Source of the DNA: an uncultured Pelagibacteraceae bacterium
GTDB lineage: Bacteria > Pseudomonadota > Alphaproteobacteria > Pelagibacterales > Pelagibacteraceae
Reading direction: 5' to 3'
Length of the DNA stretch: 64,000 nt
Assembly (NCBI GenBank): GCA_902628195.1
Contig: CACOLY010000004.1
Span: 183 to 64,182 of the forward strand
Part shown: positions 1 through 9,156 of the stretch, in pieces
Position numbering within the stretch: position 1 is the first letter of the stretch
Layout: each line of letters begins with the position of its first letter
Translations under genes and position numbers: made by a program
The notes under the pieces: model-generated
What the model saw: only the letters and a program-made list of their open reading frames with translations
Database searches by the model: none
Told to the model about the DNA's origin: nothing

Positions 1-1
1 A

Positions 2-196
2 TATATTAAGATTAAAGAATGGGAAGAAAAGTTTGATAGAGAGCAAAAACTTAGAGAACAAGAGGAAATAAGAAGAGAACAAAGATTAATGCAAAAGGAA
101 TTAGAAAAAAGAGCTAAATTTGAAACAATTGAAAATGATAAAGAAAATCCGAGAGGATTAGAAAAATTTGATATAGATAAATCAAAAGAAAATTAA
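2..196 (+). CDS. 3' end of a charged, coiled-coil-like hypothetical protein (truncated by window start)
   Basis: Open frame from base 2 reads YIKIKEWEEKFDREQKLREQEEIRREQRLMQKELEKRAKFETIENDKENPRGLEKFDIDKSKEN, with TAA at 194-196; convergent with the MOSC gene. Confidence 0.65.
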   Translation, partial: YIKIKEWEEKFDREQKLREQEEIRREQRLMQKELEKRAKFETIENDKENPRGLEKFDIDKSKEN

Positions 197-203
197 AATT
201 GTT

Positions 204-644
204 TTAAAATTTTATCTCATCTCCGGTATGTATAATTGAAGATGACAAAATTTGGCATCTTAAACCACCTTTTTTTAAAAACTCTTTAATGATATTATCT
301 TGATTTAACATTTCAGAAAGATGTTTGCATGGTCTACATAAATCAATTCCTTCAACTTTTACATTTCCAATTTGAAATTTTTTACCAACAAGATTATTAA
401 GTTTTATTCCTTTTGTAATTATGTTGCGCCTAAAATCTACGTAAGAAATATTTAATCCGAATTTTGTATTATAATTATCAATATTTTCAGACTCTATTAA
501 AGATAGTTGACAGAATGGATCGTTGTAATCATCAAAATGCCTATCACCAACTATACCTTTATCTGCTAAAACTTCTATTGACTCAACCTCTTCAATTTTT
601 TGATTATTACTTTTTGTAATTCCTAGTTTAAAAACTTTAGACAT
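204..644 (-). CDS. MOSC domain protein (molybdenum cofactor sulfurase C-terminal / YiiM-like)
   Basis: GIVGDRH, QLSLIE, RRNIIT and CRPC motifs; GGLRCQILSSSIIHTGD C-terminus typical of MOSC beta-barrels. Confidence 0.85.
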   Translation of the reverse strand: MSKVFKLGITKSNNQKIEEVESIEVLADKGIVGDRHFDDYNDPFCQLSLIESENIDNYNTKFGLNISYVDFRRNIITKGIKLNNLVGKKFQIGNVKVEGIDLCRPCKHLSEMLNQDNIIKEFLKKGGLRCQILSSSIIHTGDEIKF

Positions 645-684
645 AATTTACTTTTAAAAATAACACTATAATATCTCTTTATAA

Positions 685-912
685 ATGAATAAAGAAAATG
701 CTATTAAACTTTGGAAAATAATTCAAAATGCAGGTGATTATCTACAAGGGCAATTACCTGATCATCCTAATCACCCTAAAGGAAGAAATCCTTATGCACA
801 TATTGCAATATGTGTAAAAAATAAATTTAAAGCAAGCTACAAAGATATACCAGATGAAAAATTTCAAGAAGTGATAAAATTTATTGAATTTTTAAAAAAA
901 AATCCAAGTTAA
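685..912 (+). CDS. Small hypothetical protein, possible stand-alone ORF6C-like domain
   Basis: 75-aa ORF fills the gap; TATAAT at 667-672 upstream; KNKFKASYKDIPDEKFQEVIKFIE resembles the ORF6C pattern. Confidence 0.75.
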   Translation: MNKENAIKLWKIIQNAGDYLQGQLPDHPNHPKGRNPYAHIAICVKNKFKASYKDIPDEKFQEVIKFIEFLKKNPS

Positions 913-915
913 TAT

Positions 916-2031
916 TTATTGTTTTGGAAAATAATCTTTTAAACTACCTTCTCTATAAACATCAGCTGTGCAACAATGAAGTCCTCCACCAAAGGCATAG
1001 GCATCACGCAATTCAACTGGAATTACTTCCATTCCAAGTTTATCAAGTTGTTCTGCTTGATACTTTTCACTTTTTTCAACACAAACTGTTTTTGGATCTA
1101 AAACTAAGACATTCATTGAAAGCCAAACAGATGAATAACAAAGTGGTGGTGGCTCATTATGAGCTGGTTGTGCTGCATCAATTATCTTCCATCCATTATT
1201 TTCAAATAATTTTCTTTGATCTTTTGGCAATCTTCTTTGTGGATTATTAATAATTAAACCCTCTTTAATAGGTGTAAAGGTAGCATCAATATGTATTGGA
1301 TAAGGATCTCCTGGAAAGTTTACAGCGTGTATTCTGTGATCTTTGTAATGTCTTTTTAACCAATCTATTCCTTTTAAATTAGTGGTAAAACCATGTTGAA
1401 TTACTAAATCTTTACCAAATCTTAACACATCAGCAGCATCAAATAATGGTTCTTCCTCTGTAGTCACAAAAAATTTATCCTCAGTCCATTTTAATCTTTT
1501 TTGAATGCCTATTTTGTCTGATAAATAATCCTTTCTATAATCAGCATCAGTCAATCTTGGTTTCGGCGCTGACTCGTGCCTCATGTTTGGGTCATTATTA
1601 TAATATTCCTTTAATAAAGGGCGATAACACAAATATTCAAACCATCGACATCTATAACTCATTGTCGCTTCTAAAATTTCATTTCCTACAGTCAATAAAA
1701 CATCTCTAGGTGGCATACATCCAAACATAGTCTCTGCTTTCCAATCAGGAGTTGATGTTTTTTGATTGAAATCAATTGGTGTAGGTCTATCAACTTTAAT
1801 ACCTCTTTTTAATAATATGTTCGAAAAATCGTCCAAAAGTTGGTTTGCTTTATCTACAGTATCCTTAGTTCTGGGGCCAAACTGTCCTCTCATATCTGAG
1901 TCCTCTGGGACCTTTGCATCAAGAGCAGGTTCTGGTGCAGGTATACAAGTACCATCTGCTCTGCCAACTATTACATGTTTAAGTGGATCCCATTCATTCC
2001 AACTGTTTACAATAATTTTATTTTCACTCAT
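916..2031 (-). CDS. Amidinotransferase, glycine amidinotransferase (AGAT)-like
   Basis: NEWDPLKHVIVGRA N-terminus, CMPPRD, FDAAD, HIDATF and GGGLHCCT: the Asp-His-Cys triad of AGAT/StrB1 amidinotransferases. Confidence 0.9.
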   Translation of the reverse strand: MSENKIIVNSWNEWDPLKHVIVGRADGTCIPAPEPALDAKVPEDSDMRGQFGPRTKDTVDKANQLLDDFSNILLKRGIKVDRPTPIDFNQKTSTPDWKAETMFGCMPPRDVLLTVGNEILEATMSYRCRWFEYLCYRPLLKEYYNNDPNMRHESAPKPRLTDADYRKDYLSDKIGIQKRLKWTEDKFFVTTEEEPLFDAADVLRFGKDLVIQHGFTTNLKGIDWLKRHYKDHRIHAVNFPGDPYPIHIDATFTPIKEGLIINNPQRRLPKDQRKLFENNGWKIIDAAQPAHNEPPPLCYSSVWLSMNVLVLDPKTVCVEKSEKYQAEQLDKLGMEVIPVELRDAYAFGGGLHCCTADVYREGSLKDYFPKQ

Positions 2032-2032
2032 T

Positions 2033-3250
2033 TTACCCTTTAATCACATTGTGTTCTGGTCCGAACGGAAACTTAGTGATGTTTTCAGCTCCATCTCTAC
2101 CTATAACTAAAATATCATGTTCTCTATAGCCACCAGAACCAGGTGTTCCTTCTGGAATTAAAATCATAGGCTCCATAGAAATTACCATATTTTCCTCTAA
2201 AATTGTATCTATGTCCTCTCTCAATTCTAAACCTGCTTCCCTACCATAGAAATGAGAAAGTACACCAAATGAATGTCCATAACCAAAAGTTCTGTATTGT
2301 AAATACCCAAGTTCGGCAAATAATTCATTTAATTCATTACAAATATCTGAACACTTTACTCCTGGTTTAATCAATTCAATTCCTCTTTTATGAACTTTTA
2401 CATTTGCTTCCCAAGCTTTTAAAGATTGATTGTCAACAGAATCTAAAAATAAAGTTCTTTCAAGAGCAGTATAGTAACCTGATATCATCGGAAAGGTATT
2501 TAAAGATAATATATCGCCTTTTATTAGTTTACGGTTCGTTTTTGGATTATGAGCACCATCAGTATTAATTCCAGATTGAAACCATACCCAAGTATCCATA
2601 TATTCTGCGTCCGGATAAGTTTTTGCGATTTCTCTTTCCATTTTGTCTCTGCCACTAATTGCAATTTCTAATTCAGTTGCTCCCTCTTTAATATTTTTTA
2701 CAATTTCATCACCACCAATATCAGCTATTCTTGCACCATTTTTAATAATTTCTATCTCTTCTTTAGATTTTATCATTCTTAATTTCATAAGTTTTTTTGA
2801 AATATCTATAAAAATTGAAAATGTAAAAATAGACCCAATCTTATCTTTCATATCTAATGTTATATGATCATTTTCTATCCCAATATTTTTTGGTGGTGCA
2901 TCGCGTCCAATTATTGAAACTATTGCTTTTAAAAAATTATCTCTTTTCCAATCAGTATAAATTACATTATCACAATAAGATCTTCTCCAGGGTTGACTTG
3001 CATCTATATTTGCAGAAATAGTTGAAATTTTATTATTTGTAATAATGCAACCATAAGGTCTACCGAATGAACAATAAATAAAACCTGTATAATAAGCAAT
3101 GTTATGCATTGAGGTTAAAATAATCATATCTAAATTATTTTTTTCCATTACAGATCTTAATTTACTAATCCTTTGATTATATTCTTCGCTTGAGAAAGGC
3201 AATTTTACTTTATCGCCATTTTTTAATGTAAAAAAATCTGGTCGTTCCAT
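2033..3250 (-). CDS. Creatinase (creatine amidinohydrolase, M24 fold)
   Basis: NGDKV..FS..EY, YCSFGRPY, QPWRR, YTDW.RDN, DGAHNP, GHSFGVLSHFYGREAGLELRED and YREHDIL match recalled Pseudomonas putida creatinase motifs. Confidence 0.92.
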   Translation of the reverse strand: MERPDFFTLKNGDKVKLPFSSEEYNQRISKLRSVMEKNNLDMIILTSMHNIAYYTGFIYCSFGRPYGCIITNNKISTISANIDASQPWRRSYCDNVIYTDWKRDNFLKAIVSIIGRDAPPKNIGIENDHITLDMKDKIGSIFTFSIFIDISKKLMKLRMIKSKEEIEIIKNGARIADIGGDEIVKNIKEGATELEIAISGRDKMEREIAKTYPDAEYMDTWVWFQSGINTDGAHNPKTNRKLIKGDILSLNTFPMISGYYTALERTLFLDSVDNQSLKAWEANVKVHKRGIELIKPGVKCSDICNELNELFAELGYLQYRTFGYGHSFGVLSHFYGREAGLELREDIDTILEENMVISMEPMILIPEGTPGSGGYREHDILVIGRDGAENITKFPFGPEHNVIKG

Positions 3251-3260
3251 AAATAAAATC

Positions 3261-4166
3261 TTAATTAAGAGCGATATATCTTTTGTTCCATCTCATAATT
3301 AAACTGTAATAGATAATAGAAACAAAAAGAAAAAAACCACCAACAATAGTATTGGTTGACGGAACTTCATTTATTCCAAATAAAGGCAACCATACCCAAA
3401 AAATTCCACCAATAACTTCTGTTAAAGATAATAAAGTCAATTCTGCTGCTGGAATTGCTTTTGAGCCTATAGAATATAAAATTAAACCTAGACATACTAA
3501 AGTTCCATGTAAGGAAAACATGGTACTATTGTAACTTGTTGCAAAAAATGGTTGATTTTTTGTTAAAATAACCATTGTAGCAACAACAAAACAAAATAGA
3601 CCGGCAATTGCTACTGTCGTAAACTTTGGCGTTTCTTTTCGCCATCTTAGTGTTACAGAAAATATAGAAAATCCTATTGATGAAGTAATGCCAAAAATAA
3701 AACCAATAACAGAATTTTTTTCTGTATTGCCAAATGCCATTATAATTATACCAATAGTTGCAATAAATATTGAAATCCAAACATTCAGAGAAATTCGTTC
3801 TTTTAAAAATAAAAATGCTAATAAAGCTGTAAAAAATGGCATAGCAGCTAAACACAATAAAGTAATCGCTGCTGAAGTATTTGTTATTGAGTATATGAAA
3901 GAAATCATAGCTATGCCTAAACCACAACCGCCTAATAACCCTGATTTACCAATTTTTCTATAATTCTTATAAAAATTTATTCCTTCTTCAAAATATAAAT
4001 AAAGATTTAAAATTATAAATATTGTTAAGCCTCTTCCAAATATATATTGCCAAGGCACAAATTGAGGTTGATCCATATACCTAACCACTAATGGACCAAA
4101 TGACCAAAGTAGGCCTGCAAACAAAACAACCGGAACAGCAATTTTTTCATTTTTAAGTTCAATCAT
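3261..4166 (-). CDS. DMT/EamA family transporter
   Basis: About 10 hydrophobic segments, internal duplication, LFLKERIS motif. Confidence 0.85.
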   Translation of the reverse strand: MIELKNEKIAVPVVLFAGLLWSFGPLVVRYMDQPQFVPWQYIFGRGLTIFIILNLYLYFEEGINFYKNYRKIGKSGLLGGCGLGIAMISFIYSITNTSAAITLLCLAAMPFFTALLAFLFLKERISLNVWISIFIATIGIIIMAFGNTEKNSVIGFIFGITSSIGFSIFSVTLRWRKETPKFTTVAIAGLFCFVVATMVILTKNQPFFATSYNSTMFSLHGTLVCLGLILYSIGSKAIPAAELTLLSLTEVIGGIFWVWLPLFGINEVPSTNTIVGGFFLFVSIIYYSLIMRWNKRYIALN

Positions 4167-4217
4167 TAACGAATTAATAATTCTTATTTATTTCAACTAC
4201 AACAAAAATGAGATGTC

Positions 4218-5468
4218 TTAGGATAAAATTTTATTTGAATGATTTGGAAAAAAACAGTCAACGGTTTCACCTTTTTTAAATTTTGATTTACCTGAAGGAA
4301 GCATTACCCAAATATTAGATTGAATAAACGATTTAATTCTAAACGATTCTTGACCTTTCAAAATATGAACCTCTAATTTACCATTTTTAGTTGTACTCAA
4401 TTTACTTTTTACAAAACGAGTAAAATGTTTTTTTTTTATAAATTCATTTTTTAATATTGCCTTAAAAGAGATTTCTTCTTTAATGCCAAGTAAACTTCTT
4501 AAATAAGGGTATACAAAGAATCTAAAACATGCTGCTGATGAAATTGGATTTCCCGGTAAACCAAAAATAACTTTAGACTTACCTTTTATTTTTGCAAACA
4601 TAATAGGTTTACCTGGTCTTATTAAGACACTTTTAAAATAATTAGACAATTTAAAGTTCTTAATTATTTTAGGAACAAAATCAAATTTACCAGCTGATAC
4701 AGCTCCTGAAGTTACAATTAAATCAATTTTTGAATTTAACATTTTGTTGATATGAGATTTAAATTTTTGACTTTGATTATCTCTTAAAATACCACCATCC
4801 TTAAAATTAAATAAAAAATTTTGATTTAATGAGTGTATGTAATGACAGTTTGAATTTCTTACCTCCCAATCAGAAATTTTTTCCTTTTTTGTAATTTCAT
4901 TCCCAGTTGAAAAAAACAAAATATTTGGTTTTTTTTTAACTTGAATTTTTTTAATTCCTAAAGTTTTTAATGCTAATATATGATTAGATTGTAAAATTGT
5001 TCCTTTAGATATAAGTAATTCACCTTTTTTATAATCAGAACCCTTAAATCTAACATTATCAAACTTTGAAGTTTTTTTATTTAATAAAATATATTTTGCA
5101 TTTTTTTTATTTGGATAAAAATTTATTTGTTCAATAGGTATTATCGTATCTAAAGATTTAGGTATTAATGCACCAGTCATAATTTCAACTGTTTGAAATT
5201 TTTTAATCTTTTTTTTTAGTGGTTTATTACCTGCGGCAATTGTTCCAACAATCTCAAATTTTTGGAGTTTTTTTTTTAAATTAATTGTATCACTAGATTT
5301 AATTGCATAACCATCAAATGATGAATTGTTTGCAGATGGATAATCTGAACTAGAGTAAATATTCACTGAACTTACTCTGTTTAAGCAATTTGATGAATTA
5401 ATAAATTCATTCCCTATTTTAATTTTACCATCTTTTAATATTTTTATTGCTTGGATATAAGATTTCAT
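4218..5468 (-). CDS. moeA: Molybdopterin molybdotransferase
   Basis: NSSFDGYA, IMTGALIP, FSTGNEI, TSGAVSAGKFDFVP, IRPGKP, GLPGNPISS. Confidence 0.93.
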   Translation of the reverse strand: MKSYIQAIKILKDGKIKIGNEFINSSNCLNRVSSVNIYSSSDYPSANNSSFDGYAIKSSDTINLKKKLQKFEIVGTIAAGNKPLKKKIKKFQTVEIMTGALIPKSLDTIIPIEQINFYPNKKNAKYILLNKKTSKFDNVRFKGSDYKKGELLISKGTILQSNHILALKTLGIKKIQVKKKPNILFFSTGNEITKKEKISDWEVRNSNCHYIHSLNQNFLFNFKDGGILRDNQSQKFKSHINKMLNSKIDLIVTSGAVSAGKFDFVPKIIKNFKLSNYFKSVLIRPGKPIMFAKIKGKSKVIFGLPGNPISSAACFRFFVYPYLRSLLGIKEEISFKAILKNEFIKKKHFTRFVKSKLSTTKNGKLEVHILKGQESFRIKSFIQSNIWVMLPSGKSKFKKGETVDCFFPNHSNKILS

Positions 5469-5501
5469 ACTTATATTATATTATCTTATATTTAAATTTA
5501 A

Positions 5502-5900
5502 ATGGACTTAGAGATATTAAAAATAGCAACTGATACTAATAATTGCAAAAGTATCAAGAACCACACTCATATTTCTAAATTAAAAAATCCACTTTGTGGT
5601 GATGAAATTCAAATAGAGTTAATTATGGAAAAAAATAAAATAATAGATTTTGGCTATCAAGGAAAGTCGTGTATTTATTGTAATGCATCTGCAAATTTAT
5701 TGTCAAAAATTTCAATTAATGAAAAAAAAAACAAATTGAACAAGTTGTGCGATGATGCAAAATCATATTTTGATGAAAATTCAAAAATAACCGAAAAAAA
5801 ATGGTTATTTTTAAATAAATTATTTAAAAAAAAAAATATTTCTAGAAAAGAATGTATTTTATTACCTTTTAAAACACTAAAAAAAATAGTATCGATTTAG
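5502..5900 (+). CDS. NifU/SufU-like Fe-S cluster scaffold family protein
   Basis: KNPLCGDEI, SCIYCNASA and RKECILLPF cysteine pattern of IscU/SufU-like proteins. Confidence 0.8.
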   Translation: MDLEILKIATDTNNCKSIKNHTHISKLKNPLCGDEIQIELIMEKNKIIDFGYQGKSCIYCNASANLLSKISINEKKNKLNKLCDDAKSYFDENSKITEKKWLFLNKLFKKKNISRKECILLPFKTLKKIVSI

Positions 5901-5904
5901 AACT

Positions 5905-6369
5905 ATGGGAAATGTCAAACAATCTATTCTAGCAGGTATATTCTCTATTTTAACAATAGGGATATTAACTTTCTTAACTTACAAAACAGATTTTGGAGTA
6001 TTTTTATTAGCTTCATTTGGTTCATCAATGGTTTTACTTTATGGTTATCCAGAAAGTCCTTTTGCACAGCCAAAAAATGTATTTTTTGGGCACCTGATTA
6101 CTGCAATCGTTGGCTTAATTGTTTTACACTTTGTGCCTTTACCACTTTTTATTATAGTTCCTTTAGCTGTAGGTTTTGGAGTTGGTTTAATGATTTTATT
6201 TAATGTTACTCACCCACCAGCTGGAGGAAACCCCATTATAGTCATAATAGGTAGTGTATCATTTGATTACTTATTAAGCCCAGTAATTACAGGTTCTATA
6301 ATAATAATTATATCTGCAATAATTATTAACCGATTTGTTTTAAAAAAATCTTACCCAAATAAAAAATAA
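5905..6369 (+). CDS. HPP family membrane protein
   Basis: ASFGSS.VL.YG.PESPFAQP.N...GH and THPPAGG signature. Confidence 0.92.
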   Translation: MGNVKQSILAGIFSILTIGILTFLTYKTDFGVFLLASFGSSMVLLYGYPESPFAQPKNVFFGHLITAIVGLIVLHFVPLPLFIIVPLAVGFGVGLMILFNVTHPPAGGNPIIVIIGSVSFDYLLSPVITGSIIIIISAIIINRFVLKKSYPNKK

Positions 6370-6438
6370 TTTATTTGCTAGAGACTTCAAAATAATGTTA
6401 GATGCCTTAAATAAATATTTAAATACACAGGAGAATAA

Positions 6439-7638
6439 ATGAAAATATTATGCGTTTTATATGATGATCCAAAAGGTGGAATGCCAAAATCATATGCACT
6501 TTCTGAATTACCAAAAATAGAAAAATACCCTGATGGAATGACCTTACCTTCACCTAAAGGTAGAGACTATACTCCAGGACAATTATTAGGATGTGTGTCT
6601 GGTGAACTAGGATTGAGAAAATTTCTAGAAAGTAATGGACATGAATTGATTGTGACGAATAGTAAGGATGGAGACGGGTGTGAAGCTGACAAACATATTG
6701 TTGATGCTGATATAGTAATATCTCAACCGTTTTTTCCATATTATCTAACGAAAGAAAGAATTGAAAAAGCTAAAAATCTTAAAATGGCAATAACAGCAGG
6801 TATTGGTTCTGACCATGTTGATTTACAAGCTGCCATGGATAATAAAATTGATGTTGTAGAAGTAACTTATTGTAATTCTAGATCTGTGGCTGAACACATT
6901 GTTATGATGATTGTTTCAATGGTTAGAGATTATCATAATCAACATAGAATTGTTAATGAAGGTGGCTGGAATATTGCCGATGCAGTTCAAAGATCATATG
7001 ATGTTGAAGGTATGCATATTGGAACTGTTGCAGCTGGTAGAATTGGTTTAGATGCACTAAGAAAAATGAAACCATTTGATGTTCATTTGCATTATTTTGA
7101 TAGACATAAGCTGCCCGATTCTGTTGAAAAAGAACTTAATCTTACATTTCATGAGTCTGTTGAGTCGATGGTTAAAGTCTGTGATGTAGTTACTATTAAT
7201 TGCCCTCTTCATCCTGAAACAGAGAACTTATTTGATGATAAAATGATAAGTAAAATGAAAAAAGGAGCTTATATTGTTAATACTGCTAGAGGAAAAATCT
7301 GTAATCGTGAAGCAATTGCGAAAGCATTAAAAAGTGGTCAATTAAGCGGTTATGCTGGAGATGTTTGGTTTCCTCAACCAGCTCCAAATGATCATGTATG
7401 GAGAAGTATGCCAAATCATGGAATGACACCTCATACATCAGGAACATCTTTGACAGCTCAAGCAAGGTATGCTGATGGAGTAAGAGAAATATTAGAGTGT
7501 TTTTTTGAGGGAAAAGAGATAAGAAATCAATATTTAATTGTCAAAGATGGTCAATTAGCTGGTATGGGTGCCCACTCATATAGTAAAGGTTCTGCAACTG
7601 GTGGTTCTGAGGAAGCAGCTAAATACAAGAAAAAATAA
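6439..7638 (+). CDS. fdh: NAD-dependent (metal-independent) formate dehydrogenase
   Basis: MKILCVLYDDP, GELGLRKFLE, TAGIGSDH, AAGRIG, YFDRH (NAD-specifying Asp), WFPQPAP, HTSGTSL; RBS AGGAGA upstream. Confidence 0.96.
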   Translation: MKILCVLYDDPKGGMPKSYALSELPKIEKYPDGMTLPSPKGRDYTPGQLLGCVSGELGLRKFLESNGHELIVTNSKDGDGCEADKHIVDADIVISQPFFPYYLTKERIEKAKNLKMAITAGIGSDHVDLQAAMDNKIDVVEVTYCNSRSVAEHIVMMIVSMVRDYHNQHRIVNEGGWNIADAVQRSYDVEGMHIGTVAAGRIGLDALRKMKPFDVHLHYFDRHKLPDSVEKELNLTFHESVESMVKVCDVVTINCPLHPETENLFDDKMISKMKKGAYIVNTARGKICNREAIAKALKSGQLSGYAGDVWFPQPAPNDHVWRSMPNHGMTPHTSGTSLTAQARYADGVREILECFFEGKEIRNQYLIVKDGQLAGMGAHSYSKGSATGGSEEAAKYKKK

Positions 7639-7651
7639 ATTTCAAATTCAA

Positions 7652-7686
7652 AAAAAAGCGGTTTATAGTATTAAAACCGCTTTTTA
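7652..7686 (+). terminator. Intrinsic (likely bidirectional) terminator after fdh
   Basis: AAAAAAGCGGTTT-ATAGTATT-AAACCGCTTTTTT inverted repeat with A and T tails. Confidence 0.8.
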
Positions 7687-9138
7687 ATGAGTAAAATCAA
7701 TTGGAATTTTAACAATACTTACTTTAATTTATCAAGATCTTTTAAAGAAGATATAGATCCTGTACCTGTAAGAAATCCTGATTTGGTTTTGCTTAATGAC
7801 AAATTGGCATCATCATTAGATTTAGATTTTTCAAAAATTAGTCATAAAGAATTATCTAAAATTTTTTCTGGAAATTTGTTACCGGAGGGAAGTAATTCAA
7901 TAGCTCAAGCATATGCAGGTCATCAATTCGGACATTTTACAATGCTGGGTGATGGTAGAGCAGTTTTAATTGGTGAACATACAAATAAATCTAATATAAA
8001 ATATGATATTCAATTTAAAGGGTCAGGTAAAACTGCTTTCTCGAGAAATGGTGATGGACGAGCAGCATTAGGTCCAATGTTAAGGGAATATTTAATAAGT
8101 GAGGCAATGTTTAATCTAAATATCCCCACGACAAGAAGTTTAGCAGTTGTTAAAACTGGTGAAGATATAGTTAGAGATACACCTTTACAAGGAGCAGTTC
8201 TTACACGAGTGGCGTTGAGTCATATAAGAGTTGGAACTTTTCAATATATTGCAGCAAGGCAAAGAAAAGACGAATTAGAAATACTTATGAACTATGTAAT
8301 AAAAAGACATTATCCAAATATTGAAAATTCTCAAAATAAAGCATTAGATCTTTTAAAAGCAGTCATGGAAAAACAAATTGATTTGGTAATTAATTGGATG
8401 AGAGTTGGTTTTATACATGGTGTAATGAATACTGACAACATGAGTATATCAGGTGAAACAATTGATTATGGTCCCTGTGCTTTTATGGATATTTATGATC
8501 CAAAAACAGTGTTTAGTTCAATTGATCGAATGGGAAGATATGCTTATTGCAACCAACCTTTTATTACAAAATGGAATCTCTCAAGATTTGCGGAGTGCTT
8601 GATATCATTAATTGATAAAGATCAAAAAAAATCAATCAAGTTGGCCACTGAAATAATCGATACTTTTGAAAAAAAATATGAGGAAAAATGGCTTAATATG
8701 ATGCGAAATAAGTTGGGTCTTTATGGTGTTGATGACAAAGATAAATCTTTAATTTTAGATCTGCTTACTTGGATGCATCAAAAAAAAAAGGATTATACAA
8801 ATACTTTTTGTCATTTAATGAATTTAAAAAACCAAAAAGATAAAGACTTTGAAGATAATGATTTTCAAAATTGGAAAAAAAGATGGCAAGATAGATTAAA
8901 AATAAAAAATAATACCTATGAAAAATTTATAAAATTAATGAGAAGAGTGAATCCACTTGTGATACCAAGGAATCATAAAGTTGAAGAAGCTTTAAACGAA
9001 GCTAATCAAGGAAATTTAAAACCAACTATTCAATTTTTAGATATACTAAAAAATCCTTATAATGAAAAAAAAAATATTGATGAATATCAAATGCCCTCAT
9101 TATCAAATAAAAATTATAAAACTTTTTGTGGAACTTAG
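7687..9138 (+). CDS. selO: Protein adenylyltransferase SelO (YdiU)
   Basis: YAGHQFG, LGDGRA, QFKGSGKT, DGRA.L...LREY, GFIHGVMNTDN, IDYGPC and C-terminal TFCGT. Confidence 0.95.
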   Translation: MSKINWNFNNTYFNLSRSFKEDIDPVPVRNPDLVLLNDKLASSLDLDFSKISHKELSKIFSGNLLPEGSNSIAQAYAGHQFGHFTMLGDGRAVLIGEHTNKSNIKYDIQFKGSGKTAFSRNGDGRAALGPMLREYLISEAMFNLNIPTTRSLAVVKTGEDIVRDTPLQGAVLTRVALSHIRVGTFQYIAARQRKDELEILMNYVIKRHYPNIENSQNKALDLLKAVMEKQIDLVINWMRVGFIHGVMNTDNMSISGETIDYGPCAFMDIYDPKTVFSSIDRMGRYAYCNQPFITKWNLSRFAECLISLIDKDQKKSIKLATEIIDTFEKKYEEKWLNMMRNKLGLYGVDDKDKSLILDLLTWMHQKKKDYTNTFCHLMNLKNQKDKDFEDNDFQNWKKRWQDRLKIKNNTYEKFIKLMRRVNPLVIPRNHKVEEALNEANQGNLKPTIQFLDILKNPYNEKKNIDEYQMPSLSNKNYKTFCGT

Positions 9139-9156
9139 CTTGATTTGACAATTCAA

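Noticed and set aside
916-2031. Cyanotoxin or aminoglycoside biosynthesis reading of the amidinotransferase
   Set aside because: No PKS, NRPS or sugar-pathway genes are nearby; the context is catabolic.
7687-9138. Selenocysteine recoding in SelO or FDH
   Set aside because: No in-frame TGA; SelO ends in Cys-Gly-Thr followed by TAG, and the FDH is the metal-free type.
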